This document shows positions 40,277 to 49,860 of a stretch of 64,000 nucleotides of DNA, one piece after another. Every line of letters starts with the position of its first letter. The stretch's first letter is position 1. A program made the position numbers and the translations under genes. The notes under the pieces were generated by a model that made no database searches, was not told the DNA's origin, and saw only the letters and a list, made by a program, of their open reading frames with translations. The stretch is from Nitrospirota bacterium (lineage in GTDB: Bacteria > Nitrospirota > UBA9217), in the NCBI GenBank assembly GCA_029858565.1, contig JAOUEV010000002.1:64001-128000 (forward strand). Reading direction: 5' to 3'.

Positions 40277-40857
40277 GTGAAACAGATCAGGAACCAGGTT
40301 GTACTTGGCGTCACGCTCATTATCATCTCATCGGCACGCTATGTTGCCCGGATCAGGATTTTTCATTCCGCGCGGAGGACCTTCCTGCTGGGTTTGTTGG
40401 AGAACCAGAATCTTCTTGAGCATGAGACCTTCACTGAGCTGCTCTGGGGCCTTGATTACATCACCGGACCGGAGATTTCCTTTGTAGTGTTCTTCCTCTT
40501 CCCCATATTTCTCGTGACGTGGTATGCTGGCGAAGGAGCGGGGATTGTCATATCCCTGCTGTCCGGGATAGCATGGTTCACCTCGGACGTGCTGACCTCG
40601 GCCTCCGATGCCTATCCCCATCCAGGTGTCATCGCTCCGGCGATCGCAGGACCGTGAACGGAATATGGCGAGAACGGACTATCTGGCCAAAGTTGACAAT
40701 TCCAGGTACTTTGCCGAACTTGCGCAGGCCGAGATCAATCGCGCTGCCCGACAGCGCCGATGGCACGATCAGGACCGCGGACGACTTCATGTGTTCGGTT
40801 AAGCACGGAGGCAAGGACCGGATCGAGCATTGGGAGTTAAAATACAAAGCGGCCTGA
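40277..40857 (+). pseudogene. Mosaic remnant: membrane-protein fragments plus a GGDEF gene whose catalytic core is missing
   Basis: Fragments in three frames: LDYITGPEISF (TM sensor), ARTDYL...SRYFAELAQAEINRA (GGDEF start), ADDFMCSVKHGGKDR (GGDEF end). No GGDEF motif. Confidence 0.7.
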
Positions 40858-40872
40858 GGATTCAGGCCGCTT
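40847..40872 (-). terminator. Intrinsic terminator downstream of the LysM gene
   Basis: AAGCGGCCTGA-GGAT-TCAGGCCGCTT, an 11-bp stem; the minus strand continues TGTATTT. Confidence 0.65.
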
Positions 40873-40903
40873 GAAGGGTAATTATTCTTTGAAGGGAAGC
40901 GGA

Positions 40904-42217
40904 TCAGTTCTTATGCTGGAAATTGTCTCCCCGCGACAGGCTGTCCCAGCTTTTTTTGACAACTGCGGTTGCAGTACGTGTTTTGACCAGGATGACCTGG
41001 ACCTCGCCAATCACCTTATTTACACCTGAGTCGTTCCCGCCGTCGGCATATATAAGGTAGCGGTCCCCGGGATCAACGCCATCCTCTTTCCCTTTGTCCA
41101 AATAGACGATATCCACCTGCCCGTTGAGATCCCGCCGATCGACCACTTCCAGGATCTGCCCGGTAAGGTTCTTTGTCGGCCGCGGAGTCGATGTCGGGTA
41201 GATAAGCGTCGGTTCCTGATAGGGCATGAGCAGACTCCCTTTTTCGGCCGCGTCAAAGGACAGAATGATGCTTGCGGTTGCGGTCGTGGATCCTTCGTCG
41301 TTGACCTTAGTTACTTTCAGGATGCCCAGGATCTTATACAGTTCACCAAAGTACTTGTTGGTGGCAGGGTGTTTTACCGTGTTGACCGGTTGAAAGATCA
41401 GGAACCGGTCGCCGACAGCGACCGCGGGGCGGGAATGAATCGATATGTAGACGACATCATCATGGCCGAAGATCGTTTTCGCGGCATCGGCTGAAGATCC
41501 GATAATATAATCATCGCTATCCTCTTCACTGACAAAACCGGCGCTTAACATGATGTACTTATCGACAACAGGCCGCTCTGCTTCCGTGGGCAGGATTAGT
41601 CTGCTTCCTGGGGCTGGTTCCTCCTGTCCGGGAGCGGCGGCATCGATCGACTGCTTCCTGAAGAACGAGGGAAGCACCGGCTGATCCGGTGCTGGCGCAG
41701 CAGCGACAGGCGCCGGGGCTTCTTTCGCCGTGATGGTCTTTTCTTCGACCGGCGCAGGTTCCTGAGGAGCGCTCATTGCTCGTTCCACAGGAGCAAGGCT
41801 CGGGATCACCAATTGCCGGCCGGGATAGATAAGATCAGGATCGGCGATGACTGGATTGGCCTGCCAGATAAGCGGCCACAGGAAGGGATCTCGATAATGG
41901 GCAGACGCAATGTCCCAGAGCGTATCACCTTCCTTGATGACATATTGTCCCGGTTGGTCCGAAGAGGCAGCTGCCTCGGCTGCTTCGGCCGCAGATGCCG
42001 GCTGGTCTTTCTTGTCCCCCGGGGGAGTGACAGGAGCTCCCGGAAGAGCAACAGTGCCCTGCGATGCCCCCCCCTGGTCCTGTGTGTTGCCTCCGGCCGG
42101 TGCGGCGGTGTTCGCAGGTTCCTGGACCCACGCGGTCTGGGGGCATGTCAGGATGACAAGTAGGGTGAGTATGATCCCGCTGGCGGGGATGTACCGGATG
42201 GACCTCCTGCTGGTCAT
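40904..42217 (-). CDS. Exported LysM peptidoglycan-binding protein
   Basis: YVIKEGDTLWDIA...WPLIWQANP..DPDLIYPG; Pro/Ala linkers; C-terminal VYLDKG..DG...GD. Confidence 0.9.
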   Translation of the reverse strand: MTSRRSIRYIPASGIILTLLVILTCPQTAWVQEPANTAAPAGGNTQDQGGASQGTVALPGAPVTPPGDKKDQPASAAEAAEAAASSDQPGQYVIKEGDTLWDIASAHYRDPFLWPLIWQANPVIADPDLIYPGRQLVIPSLAPVERAMSAPQEPAPVEEKTITAKEAPAPVAAAPAPDQPVLPSFFRKQSIDAAAPGQEEPAPGSRLILPTEAERPVVDKYIMLSAGFVSEEDSDDYIIGSSADAAKTIFGHDDVVYISIHSRPAVAVGDRFLIFQPVNTVKHPATNKYFGELYKILGILKVTKVNDEGSTTATASIILSFDAAEKGSLLMPYQEPTLIYPTSTPRPTKNLTGQILEVVDRRDLNGQVDIVYLDKGKEDGVDPGDRYLIYADGGNDSGVNKVIGEVQVILVKTRTATAVVKKSWDSLSRGDNFQHKN

Positions 42218-42612
42218 TGCTCCTGCCTCCTCACGGGCTTCGCTTTCTTATTTTTCTTTTTCACAGTGCTCTTCTGTTTTTTCTTTCCCGACGAAGTGTT
42301 CTGACCGTTAGTTTGGGACGATCCGACAGATGATCCCGAGTCGGCCGAAGTGATCCGGGAAGCCTGGGAACGCTGCTCTTCGACGGCCTTGAGACGGGTG
42401 GTCAGCGCCTCGGTCGTGCTCGTCTGTTCGTCCAGTTTTCGCCGGGTCTCTTTCTGGAGGGACTGGAGCTCAAGCAGCTGTTTTTGAAGGATGAGGACCT
42501 GATCCTTGACTGGATCTGCGGGAGGTGGGGCTGGTTTTGTGGATGCGCATGCGGTGACAACAAACGCGAGAACGGCAGGAAGTATCGCATGGAGCACCAC
42601 TCTTCGTTCCAT
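42214..42612 (-). CDS. Lipoprotein with coiled coil and basic tail (CpoB N-terminal-like)
   Basis: Lipobox VTAC; QKQLLELQ coiled coil; ATGA overlap with the LysM gene. Confidence 0.7.
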   Translation of the reverse strand: MERRVVLHAILPAVLAFVVTACASTKPAPPPADPVKDQVLILQKQLLELQSLQKETRRKLDEQTSTTEALTTRLKAVEEQRSQASRITSADSGSSVGSSQTNGQNTSSGKKKQKSTVKKKNKKAKPVRRQEQ

Positions 42613-42764
42613 CCATCCTCCTTCCGGTCGATTAGCAAGCCTGTTGAGCACCGAATTGCACTTAAGATAGCCGAGAAACCCGTTGTTTGTCAAGAGAATT
42701 CCTCGATGACGCCGGCGCAGGGAGCATGTGGCGCTGCCCTTTACGCTCTATCCGCGGCATGTGT

Positions 42765-42849
42765 TGACAGCGGACATGCGGTGACAGCGGACATGCGGTG
42801 ACAGCGGACATGCGGTGACAGCGGACATGCGGTGACAGCGGACATGCGG
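42765..42849. repeat. 17-bp tandem repeat, 5 perfect copies
   Basis: (TGACAGCGGACATGCGG)x5 between divergent genes. Confidence 0.95.
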
Positions 42850-42853
42850 TGCC

Positions 42854-42882
42854 TTGCTTTCCCTGGGCTATTTTGGTATTCT
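42854..42882 (+). promoter_or_regulatory. Putative sigma70 promoter for the NtrY-like kinase
   Basis: TTGCTT-N17-TATTCT with a TG extension, 9 nt before ATG 42892. Confidence 0.45.
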
Positions 42883-42891
42883 GCCGTCATC

Positions 42892-45060
42892 ATGAACCAT
42901 GATGAACCACAGGTGGTGAAGCGGGTGAGCTTCAAGGGAGTGCTGTTCCTTGCGGCTTTTGTTATCCTGACCGCGGCAGCCATCGTCCTGCAGATCCGCT
43001 TTCGCGGATTCGGGGGCCCGCTTTCGGACAACCTGCTCATTCTGATCCTGATCAACGCTAATTTCCTCCTCCTGGCAGCCGTCATATTCATGATCGGCAG
43101 GAGCCTCTGGAAGCTTTCAGCGGAACGCAGAAGCAAAGTCCTGGGAGCGAAGTTCCGCACCCGCCTGGTGGCCGCCTTTGTGAGCCTTTCGTTCATCCCG
43201 ACGGTGCTCCTGTTTGTCATCGGCAGCGGCATCTATACCCGCGGCATGGAGCGTCTTTTCAGTCTCCGGCTCGAGAACACCCTGCAGGAATCGGTTTCGG
43301 TGTCTCAGGCCTTTTATGATCATTTGACCGGCCAGGCACGGGGATTCTCCCGGCAGATCAGCGGGCAGCTGACCGAGGAACGGATGGTGGCCCGGTTCGA
43401 ACCCGCGGTGCTTCGCGACTATCTGACACGGAAGTCGCAGGAATACGGCATCGGAGCGGTCGAACTCTACGGAGAGAACCGCAGACTGCTCACATCGGTC
43501 GTGACGTCCCAGTTCCCAGCCCGGACATTCTCCGGAGCCGACCCGGGACTTGTCGCTGCTGCTTTTGAGGCAAAGGAGGCGACGGACAGGACGGACCTCG
43601 GAAGAAAGGGAGAGATCGTGCGTGCCGCCGCTCCGCTCTACGGGGTCGAGACCGGATCAACGGTGGTCGGCGCTGTGGCCGTGAGCTATTATGTTTCCTC
43701 GAGCCTGACCAGCAAGATCGATGAGATCCGCGCCGGGTACATAGAATACCGGTCGGCATTCAAGAATAAGGAACTGCTCAAGCTGTCCTATCGGCTCGGC
43801 TTTCTGGCGGTTATGCTCACACTGGTTCTGGCTGCCATCTGGGTCGCCCTTCGGGTTGCGGCGGGCATCACCGTTCCGATCAGAAAGCTTGCCGAGGGGA
43901 CCGTCGAGGTTGCGCGGGGAAACCTGGATTACCGGATCGACGATCCGTCAGGCGACGAGGTCGGTCTGCTGGTGGGATCCTTCAACCGGATGACGGCAGA
44001 TCTGAAGCATTCCAGCGAGCAGCTCCGCCAGGAAGTATCCAACCGCGAGATCATCCTGACGACCATTGACGCGGGTGTCGTGTCCCTTGACCGAAGCGGC
44101 AGGATCACCACGATCAATCCCGCTGCATCAAGGATCCTCGGTGTGGTATCCGAAGACCTGCTCGGACGGCGGTATGATGACGCTTTCGGATTCATTGATC
44201 TCAAACCGATCCGCAGACTGTTCCGGAAGCTGGAGGAAGGTCATGGACGGACCGAGGAAGAGCTCACGCTGTCGGTCCGGGGGAGGACCCTCACCCTTCG
44301 GATGCGCGTGTCCACGCTTCGGGACAGCGCCGGAACGCTGATGGGGTCCGTGATCACCTTTGATGACCTGACCGAGTTGCTGCGCGCGAAGAAGGCTGAG
44401 ACCTGGCAGGACGTGGCGCGCAAGATAGCTCACGAAGTGAAGAACCCGCTTACCCCTATCAAGCTGTCCGCTGAACGCCTCCGGAAGAAATATCTGGAAC
44501 GTTCGCCGGATTTCGACCGGGTCTTCGACGAGTCGAGCCAGACGATCATCCAGCAGGTCGATGGCCTGAAGGGACTCCTGGACGAGTTCTCCGAATATGC
44601 GCGGATGCCGCGGCCCAATCCGGCGCCTCAGGCGCTGGGGCCGGTCGTGGACAGCGTTGTGAAGCTCTACGACGGTATGCATAAAGGGATACAATTCCGG
44701 CAGGAGATACCGCAAGGGCTACCCGACCTGCCGATTGATCAGGAACAAATGAAACGGGTGTTCATCAACCTTGTCAAGAACGCAATTGAGGTCATGGACC
44801 AGGGTGGTACGATCGGCATCACGGCGCAGGCAGATGCGGCGGGAAACACCATTCGTATCGATGTGTCCGATGACGGCCCCGGTATCTCCGAGGAGGACGT
44901 GGTCCGCCTCTTCGAACCGTATTTTTCGCGGAAGAAAAAGGGTGGTGGCCTCGGGCTGGCCATTGTTGAGCGCATCGTCGCCGATCACAACGGAACGATC
45001 CGTGCCGAGCGGAACCATCCTCAGGGGGCCAGGTTCATCATTGAGTTGCCCGTGAAGTAA
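42892..45060 (+). CDS. NtrY-like membrane sensor kinase (TM, HAMP, PAS, HisKA, HATPase)
   Basis: GAKFRTRLV.AF, HAMP DEVGLL..SFNRM, WQDVARKIAHEVKNPLTPIKLSAERL, GLGLAIV. Confidence 0.9.
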   Translation: MNHDEPQVVKRVSFKGVLFLAAFVILTAAAIVLQIRFRGFGGPLSDNLLILILINANFLLLAAVIFMIGRSLWKLSAERRSKVLGAKFRTRLVAAFVSLSFIPTVLLFVIGSGIYTRGMERLFSLRLENTLQESVSVSQAFYDHLTGQARGFSRQISGQLTEERMVARFEPAVLRDYLTRKSQEYGIGAVELYGENRRLLTSVVTSQFPARTFSGADPGLVAAAFEAKEATDRTDLGRKGEIVRAAAPLYGVETGSTVVGAVAVSYYVSSSLTSKIDEIRAGYIEYRSAFKNKELLKLSYRLGFLAVMLTLVLAAIWVALRVAAGITVPIRKLAEGTVEVARGNLDYRIDDPSGDEVGLLVGSFNRMTADLKHSSEQLRQEVSNREIILTTIDAGVVSLDRSGRITTINPAASRILGVVSEDLLGRRYDDAFGFIDLKPIRRLFRKLEEGHGRTEEELTLSVRGRTLTLRMRVSTLRDSAGTLMGSVITFDDLTELLRAKKAETWQDVARKIAHEVKNPLTPIKLSAERLRKKYLERSPDFDRVFDESSQTIIQQVDGLKGLLDEFSEYARMPRPNPAPQALGPVVDSVVKLYDGMHKGIQFRQEIPQGLPDLPIDQEQMKRVFINLVKNAIEVMDQGGTIGITAQADAAGNTIRIDVSDDGPGISEEDVVRLFEPYFSRKKKGGGLGLAIVERIVADHNGTIRAERNHPQGARFIIELPVK

Positions 45061-45073
45061 GACTTGTACTGAC

Positions 45074-45146
45074 CGCAGATCGCGGATCGAGCGGAAACGT
45101 TCACGTGGATGACACGGGAATCGGCGATCCGATATCCGGGATCTGC
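45074..45146. repeat. Degenerate heptamer-repeat inverted element
   Basis: CGCAGAT CGCGGAT CG ... ATCGGCG ATCCGAT ATCCGGG ATCTGC. Confidence 0.45.
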
Positions 45147-45177
45147 AGGCGGTAATTTTTGCTGAGGAGGTTGTATC

Positions 45178-45549
45178 TTGGATACTTTTTCCATAGTACT
45201 GATCGTGTTTTTCGGCGCATATGTTGCTATCAAGCTCCTGGGCTATCTGAGCAGGCTCGGGATCAAGCAGGTGACCGCGCGTCAGATCGATCAGATGAAG
45301 GGCATCATGCTCCTCGATGTGCGCTCGGACAAGGAGTTCAAACAGGGGCACATCCCGGGATCCATCCACATTCCCCTTGAAGAAGTGGGGAGCAAGGCAA
45401 AGAAGCTCCGGAAAGACAAGGAGCTTGTCGTGTACTGCCAGAGCGGGAACCGGAGTATCTGGGCGATCAAGCGGCTCATGGGGATGGGATTTACGAACCT
45501 TCATAATCTGAAGGGCGGCTATCATGCCTGGAAGCGCATCCATCGTTGA
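45178..45549 (+). CDS. Membrane-anchored rhodanese-like protein
   Basis: TTG start after AGGAGG; N-terminal TM; LDVRS..EF..GHIPG; YCQSGNRS; LKGG..AW. Confidence 0.88.
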   Translation: MDTFSIVLIVFFGAYVAIKLLGYLSRLGIKQVTARQIDQMKGIMLLDVRSDKEFKQGHIPGSIHIPLEEVGSKAKKLRKDKELVVYCQSGNRSIWAIKRLMGMGFTNLHNLKGGYHAWKRIHR

Positions 45550-46177
45550 ACTGAAGCGGGACTATCGGGCGAAGAAGCGAGCCATCGAGTCCCGGCTCAG
45601 GGAGTTCCGGAAGGTCCTCCCACGGGGTGATGAAGCGGTCTTCGAGGAGCTTTGTTTCTGCATACTCACTGCCGGCAGCAGCGCGCGCATGGGGATGAAG
45701 ACCATCGCGGCCCTGCGCGACCTTCTTCAGACCGGGAGCGAGGAGGAACTGCAGGAACGGGCGGGAAAGAACCGTGTCCGGTTCTGGAGAGTGCGGCCAT
45801 CCTATATCTACCAGACCCGGGAGTACCTTCGTCAGCACTGCGGACTGCGGCTACGGGAACTTCTCGTCTCCTTTGAAGATCCCCAGGAACGCCGTGATTT
45901 CTTCGCCGGGAACAGGGCGATCAAAGGCCTGGGGTACAAGGAGACCAGCCACTTTTTGCGGAACATCGGCTTTGGCGGCTACGCGATCCTGGACAAGCAT
46001 ATCGTGAACAGCCTGCGGGAACTGGGCGTGATCGGTAAACAGCTTAAACCGACGACCCGGAAGGGATATCTTTCGATCGAGAATAAGATGAGGCGGTTCG
46101 CCGAAGAGATCGAAATCGATATGGACCACCTGGACCTGCTGCTGTGGTCGCGCAAGACCGGGGAAATACTGAAATAG
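45524..46177 (+). CDS. ogg: 8-oxoguanine DNA glycosylase/AP lyase (archaeal/Thermotoga-type Ogg)
   Basis: ELCFCILTA, KGLGYKETSHFLRNIG, AILDKH, LDLLLW..KTG.ILK. Confidence 0.88.
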   Translation: MPGSASIVELKRDYRAKKRAIESRLREFRKVLPRGDEAVFEELCFCILTAGSSARMGMKTIAALRDLLQTGSEEELQERAGKNRVRFWRVRPSYIYQTREYLRQHCGLRLRELLVSFEDPQERRDFFAGNRAIKGLGYKETSHFLRNIGFGGYAILDKHIVNSLRELGVIGKQLKPTTRKGYLSIENKMRRFAEEIEIDMDHLDLLLWSRKTGEILK

Positions 46178-46271
46178 ACGGCAAGCCGGAGGGTGGTCTT
46201 CCGTAGGTCGCACAGGTGGCGGGGAATGGAACCATAACCGTAGATCCGCTGAGCGTAGTCGCGAGGGGAAC

Positions 46272-46568
46272 ATGGCTGACAAGGGACTGAAGAAAGCGAT
46301 CATCATCGGCGCCGCTCTCGGCGCCGTTCTTACTCTGGGCGTGGCCCTTTCAATGGACTACTTCCTGTCGAGTTCTCTGCAGGGGACCTGGCGGGATGCT
46401 GCCGTGAAGGATGTGACCAAAATGTTCGGACCATCTTGCGGTCAGAACTGGTTCGCGGTCACCCTGGTCCTGGTGTTCGTCATGGCCTTTCTTGCCGGTT
46501 TCGGTGCGATACTCGGGACCGTGGGCGCCGTCATCATCAACCGGTTCTTTAAATTCCTCCTGAAATGA
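46272..46568 (+). CDS. Small two-TM hypothetical protein
   Basis: GAGGGG RBS; two hydrophobic helices. Confidence 0.75.
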   Translation: MADKGLKKAIIIGAALGAVLTLGVALSMDYFLSSSLQGTWRDAAVKDVTKMFGPSCGQNWFAVTLVLVFVMAFLAGFGAILGTVGAVIINRFFKFLLK

Positions 46569-46710
46569 TTATGATCCCGAAGCGGTTCACAGGCAGCGGG
46601 AGTACGTTTCCTCTCTGGTACGCAGGGACGCTGTCCGGATTTGTCTTTTTTTTCGACAGGGAAAGTGCGATAATTTTCCGATATCAGCCGCTCCATGACT
46701 AGGTCAGCCT

Positions 46711-47937
46711 ATGTTGTTCAATATCCTTAAACGCTCATTCCTGAACCAGAAGCGCGCGATGGCGGTCATGATCGTGTCCGTGGCCGTCGGGACCGCTATA
46801 GCAGCGTCCCTGCTCGCGCTATCCTTCGATATTTCATCAAAGGTCTCCAGGGAACTTCGTTCCTTTGGCGCGAATATCGTGGTCCAGCCCCGGATAACAG
46901 GATTGGCAGGCGTGAGCGGACAGAAACGCTATCTGCGCGAGGCCGACATTCCCAAGGCAAAGACCATCTTCTGGAGGCACAACATCCTCGGTGTTGCACC
47001 ACTGCTCGTTGTGCGTGATGAAAAGCAGAACGCCCAGGTGCTCGGGACCTGGTACCTCAGGACGATCGCCTTGCCGGGAGAAAAAAAAGGATTCGATACC
47101 GGCGCTTCTACGGTCATGCCATGGTGGTCTATAGAGGGGAAATGGCCAGCGGGGGACAGCGAAATCCTGGCGGGCATCGGCATTGCAGAAAAGAAGAACC
47201 TTAAGATCGGGGACCGCGTTGCCGTAGGAGGAAGGCAACTCAGGATATCGGGCGTCCTGAACGCCGGCGGGAGAGAAGATGACATGTTCGTCGGCGAGCT
47301 CGCGACGGTACAGCTCTTATACGGCCTCCCCGGCAGGATATCCCAGGTCGCGGTGAGCGCGCTGACCACGCCCATGGACGATTTTGCCTATAAGGACCCG
47401 GCGACCATGTCCCGGAAGGAATATGAGAAGTGGTACTGCACGGGGTATGTCACCTCGATCGCAAAGCAGCTCGAAGAGGTCTTCGCAGGCTCGGTTGCCC
47501 GTCCCATCTGGCCGGTCGCCGAGGCAGAGGGAAATGTGTTAAGCCGACTTGAGCTCCTGATCATACTGCTGACCGCAGTGTCGCTCCTTGCCGCAGCCCT
47601 GGGTATATCCACGACCATGATCATGAGCCTGCTTAAGCGGACCGAGGAGGTCGCGCTCATGAAAGGGCTCGGGGCGAACACGCTGCAGACGGTTACCGTG
47701 TTCCTTTCCGAGGCGCTCCTCATCGGCCTGGCCGGCGGCGCGGTCGGTTATCTTCTTTCCCTGGGCATATCAAGCTATCTCGGATATCAGGTCTTCGGCA
47801 CGGCGCTGGAGCAGAAGGGGATGCTTCTGCCGATCAGCATCGGCGTATCCGAGGTGATCTCGGTGCTCGGGGCCTACCTCCCGATCAGGCGTGCGCTTCG
47901 GATAAAACCAGCAATTGTGCTGAAGGGAGGCCAATAG
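46711..47937 (+). CDS. MacB/FtsX-type ABC permease (Fet-like)
   Basis: ELRSFGANI, EKWYCTGYVTSIA, R.EEVALMKGLGA, FLSEA, PAIVLKG. Confidence 0.88.
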   Translation: MLFNILKRSFLNQKRAMAVMIVSVAVGTAIAASLLALSFDISSKVSRELRSFGANIVVQPRITGLAGVSGQKRYLREADIPKAKTIFWRHNILGVAPLLVVRDEKQNAQVLGTWYLRTIALPGEKKGFDTGASTVMPWWSIEGKWPAGDSEILAGIGIAEKKNLKIGDRVAVGGRQLRISGVLNAGGREDDMFVGELATVQLLYGLPGRISQVAVSALTTPMDDFAYKDPATMSRKEYEKWYCTGYVTSIAKQLEEVFAGSVARPIWPVAEAEGNVLSRLELLIILLTAVSLLAAALGISTTMIMSLLKRTEEVALMKGLGANTLQTVTVFLSEALLIGLAGGAVGYLLSLGISSYLGYQVFGTALEQKGMLLPISIGVSEVISVLGAYLPIRRALRIKPAIVLKGGQ

Positions 47938-47974
47938 TCGATCTGCGGAAGCTTTACGCAAGATACTCTTCCTT

Positions 47975-49054
47975 ATGAATGCCTGGTTCAGATATTTCCT
48001 GACACGATCGATCTCTCAGCGGAGGGGGCGGTTCATACTGTCGTCATCGGCCGTGCTGCTGTCCGTCATGGTGGTGACCGCGCTGGTCACGGTCTCGCTG
48101 GGAGTGCGCGAAAAGATCGGCGCGGAGCTGAAGCGCTACGGCGCCAACATGATAGTGACACACGGGGAAGGACAGTTGATCCCGGGAGCTGTCGCACAGG
48201 AGGTTCGTGGTCTTTCTCCGGCGATCAAGGACGCAGCATCGCAGCTCTACGGCAGCGCAATGCTCCGGCAAACGGCCGTGGAGATCGTTGGGATCGAACC
48301 AGGGAAAATGGCCGGCTACCGGGTAGCTGGCTCCTTGCCGGCCGGCCCCTCCGAACTGATGGTCGGTGTCAATCTGCGCGAGGCCATCAAGGTCAAACAA
48401 GGAGGCACGATAGCATTTGACGGTCATTCCGGGGAGTTCACCATTTCGGCTTTTTTTGAAAAAGGGCCTGACGACGATTCCACGATCGTGCTGACCCTCG
48501 CAGGAGCGCAGAAACTGCTTGCCATGGATGGCGTGAGCGCTGTGCTCCTGAACGCGGATTCCGCCCGGCTGCTGGAGGTTGAGCGCCGGGTGCGTGAACG
48601 CTGGCCTTTTCTCGAGGTGAAGACCCTGAAACAGGTTGCTGTTGCCGAGGAGCGGATACTGGGCAGGATCCAGCTGCTCATGCTGCTGGTGACGGTGGTG
48701 GTGCTCTTTTCCTCCATGGTCGCCTTGGGAAGCACAATGGGCGCCAACGTGATTGAACGCATGGAGGAGATCGGATTGATGAAGGCCATCGGTGCGACCC
48801 GGGGCGACATCCGCAGTTTTTTCATGGCTGAGGCGGCCCTGGCCGGGCTCACTGGTTCGCTTGCGGGATACGGAGGCGGCGTTCTGGCTGCCGAGGCTGT
48901 TTCTCGCACAGCTTTCGGTTCCTTCGTTCCCTTGAACGTTCTTGTCATTCCCGGTGCGCTGGTCCTGGGGATGGTCATTGCCATAGCCGCAACCTATATC
49001 CCGGTACGAGGCGCCATGAAGGTAGTGCCAGCCAGGATACTGCGCGGCGAATAG
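47975..49054 (+). CDS. MacB/FtsX-type ABC permease
   Basis: ELKRYGANM, ERMEEIGLMKAIGA, PARILRGE. Confidence 0.88.
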   Translation: MNAWFRYFLTRSISQRRGRFILSSSAVLLSVMVVTALVTVSLGVREKIGAELKRYGANMIVTHGEGQLIPGAVAQEVRGLSPAIKDAASQLYGSAMLRQTAVEIVGIEPGKMAGYRVAGSLPAGPSELMVGVNLREAIKVKQGGTIAFDGHSGEFTISAFFEKGPDDDSTIVLTLAGAQKLLAMDGVSAVLLNADSARLLEVERRVRERWPFLEVKTLKQVAVAEERILGRIQLLMLLVTVVVLFSSMVALGSTMGANVIERMEEIGLMKAIGATRGDIRSFFMAEAALAGLTGSLAGYGGGVLAAEAVSRTAFGSFVPLNVLVIPGALVLGMVIAIAATYIPVRGAMKVVPARILRGE

Positions 49055-49191
49055 AGTGAAAGGTGAAGCTCCTTTCGCGGAATTAGGATTGCTGCGGGAT
49101 TTCGAGAGGATTATCCATGTTTCCCGCTCTTTTGTCAGTATTGAACAACCACCCCTGTTAACGGGCCGGAATCTTGTTGAGGATCGATACA

Positions 49192-49860
49192 ATGTCTTTT
49201 ATAACCATTGAGAAGGTGAGCAAGGAATACGCAACGACCCGCGCGCTGAATGGCGTGGATTGCACGATCGGATCGGGCGAGTGGGTCAACATCATGGGGC
49301 CGTCGGGGTCGGGAAAAAGCACGCTTCTGAACATCCTCGGGGGACTCGACAGGCCCACCGAGGGCATTGTTACCATCAACAGCACGGACATCAACAGACT
49401 GTCGGAGGATGAACTTGCACGCTTTCGGCGGGAGACGATCGGTTTCGTGTTCCAGCAATCGCACCTGATACCTTACCTCGATGCCACCGAGAACGTGATG
49501 CTTGCCCAGTATTTCCACAGCATCCCAGACCGCGGGGAGGCAGAAGAGGCGCTGAAGCGCGTTGGACTGGGCCACCGCCTCCGGCATCGGCCGGCCGAGC
49601 TCTCGGGCGGCGAGCAGCAGCGCGTCGGGATCGCCCGCGCGCTGATCAACAATCCCAACCTGCTGCTCGCTGACGAACCGACCGGCAACCTTGACCGTTC
49701 CAATACCAGGAACATCCTCGAACTGCTCAAAGAGCTTCACGCCCAGGAAAAGTTCACCGTCGTAGTAGTGACCCACGACCCCTTTGTGTCCCAATGGGCC
49801 CGTCGGGTGATCTCCATGGAGGACGGAAGGATCATCAGGGATGAGCCGGTTCGTTCTTGA
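49192..49860 (+). CDS. ABC transporter ATP-binding protein (LolD/MacB type)
   Basis: [30 protein letters not shown]. Confidence 0.93.
   Translation: MSFITIEKVSKEYATTRALNGVDCTIGSGEWVNIMGPSGSGKSTLLNILGGLDRPTEGIVTINSTDINRLSEDELARFRRETIGFVFQQSHLIPYLDATENVMLAQYFHSIPDRGEAEEALKRVGLGHRLRHRPAELSGGEQQRVGIARALINNPNLLLADEPTGNLDRSNTRNILELLKELHAQEKFTVVVVTHDPFVSQWARRVISMEDGRIIRDEPVRS

Noticed and set aside
42765-42849. CRISPR array
   Set aside because: The 17-bp units are contiguous with no spacers, and there are no cas genes.
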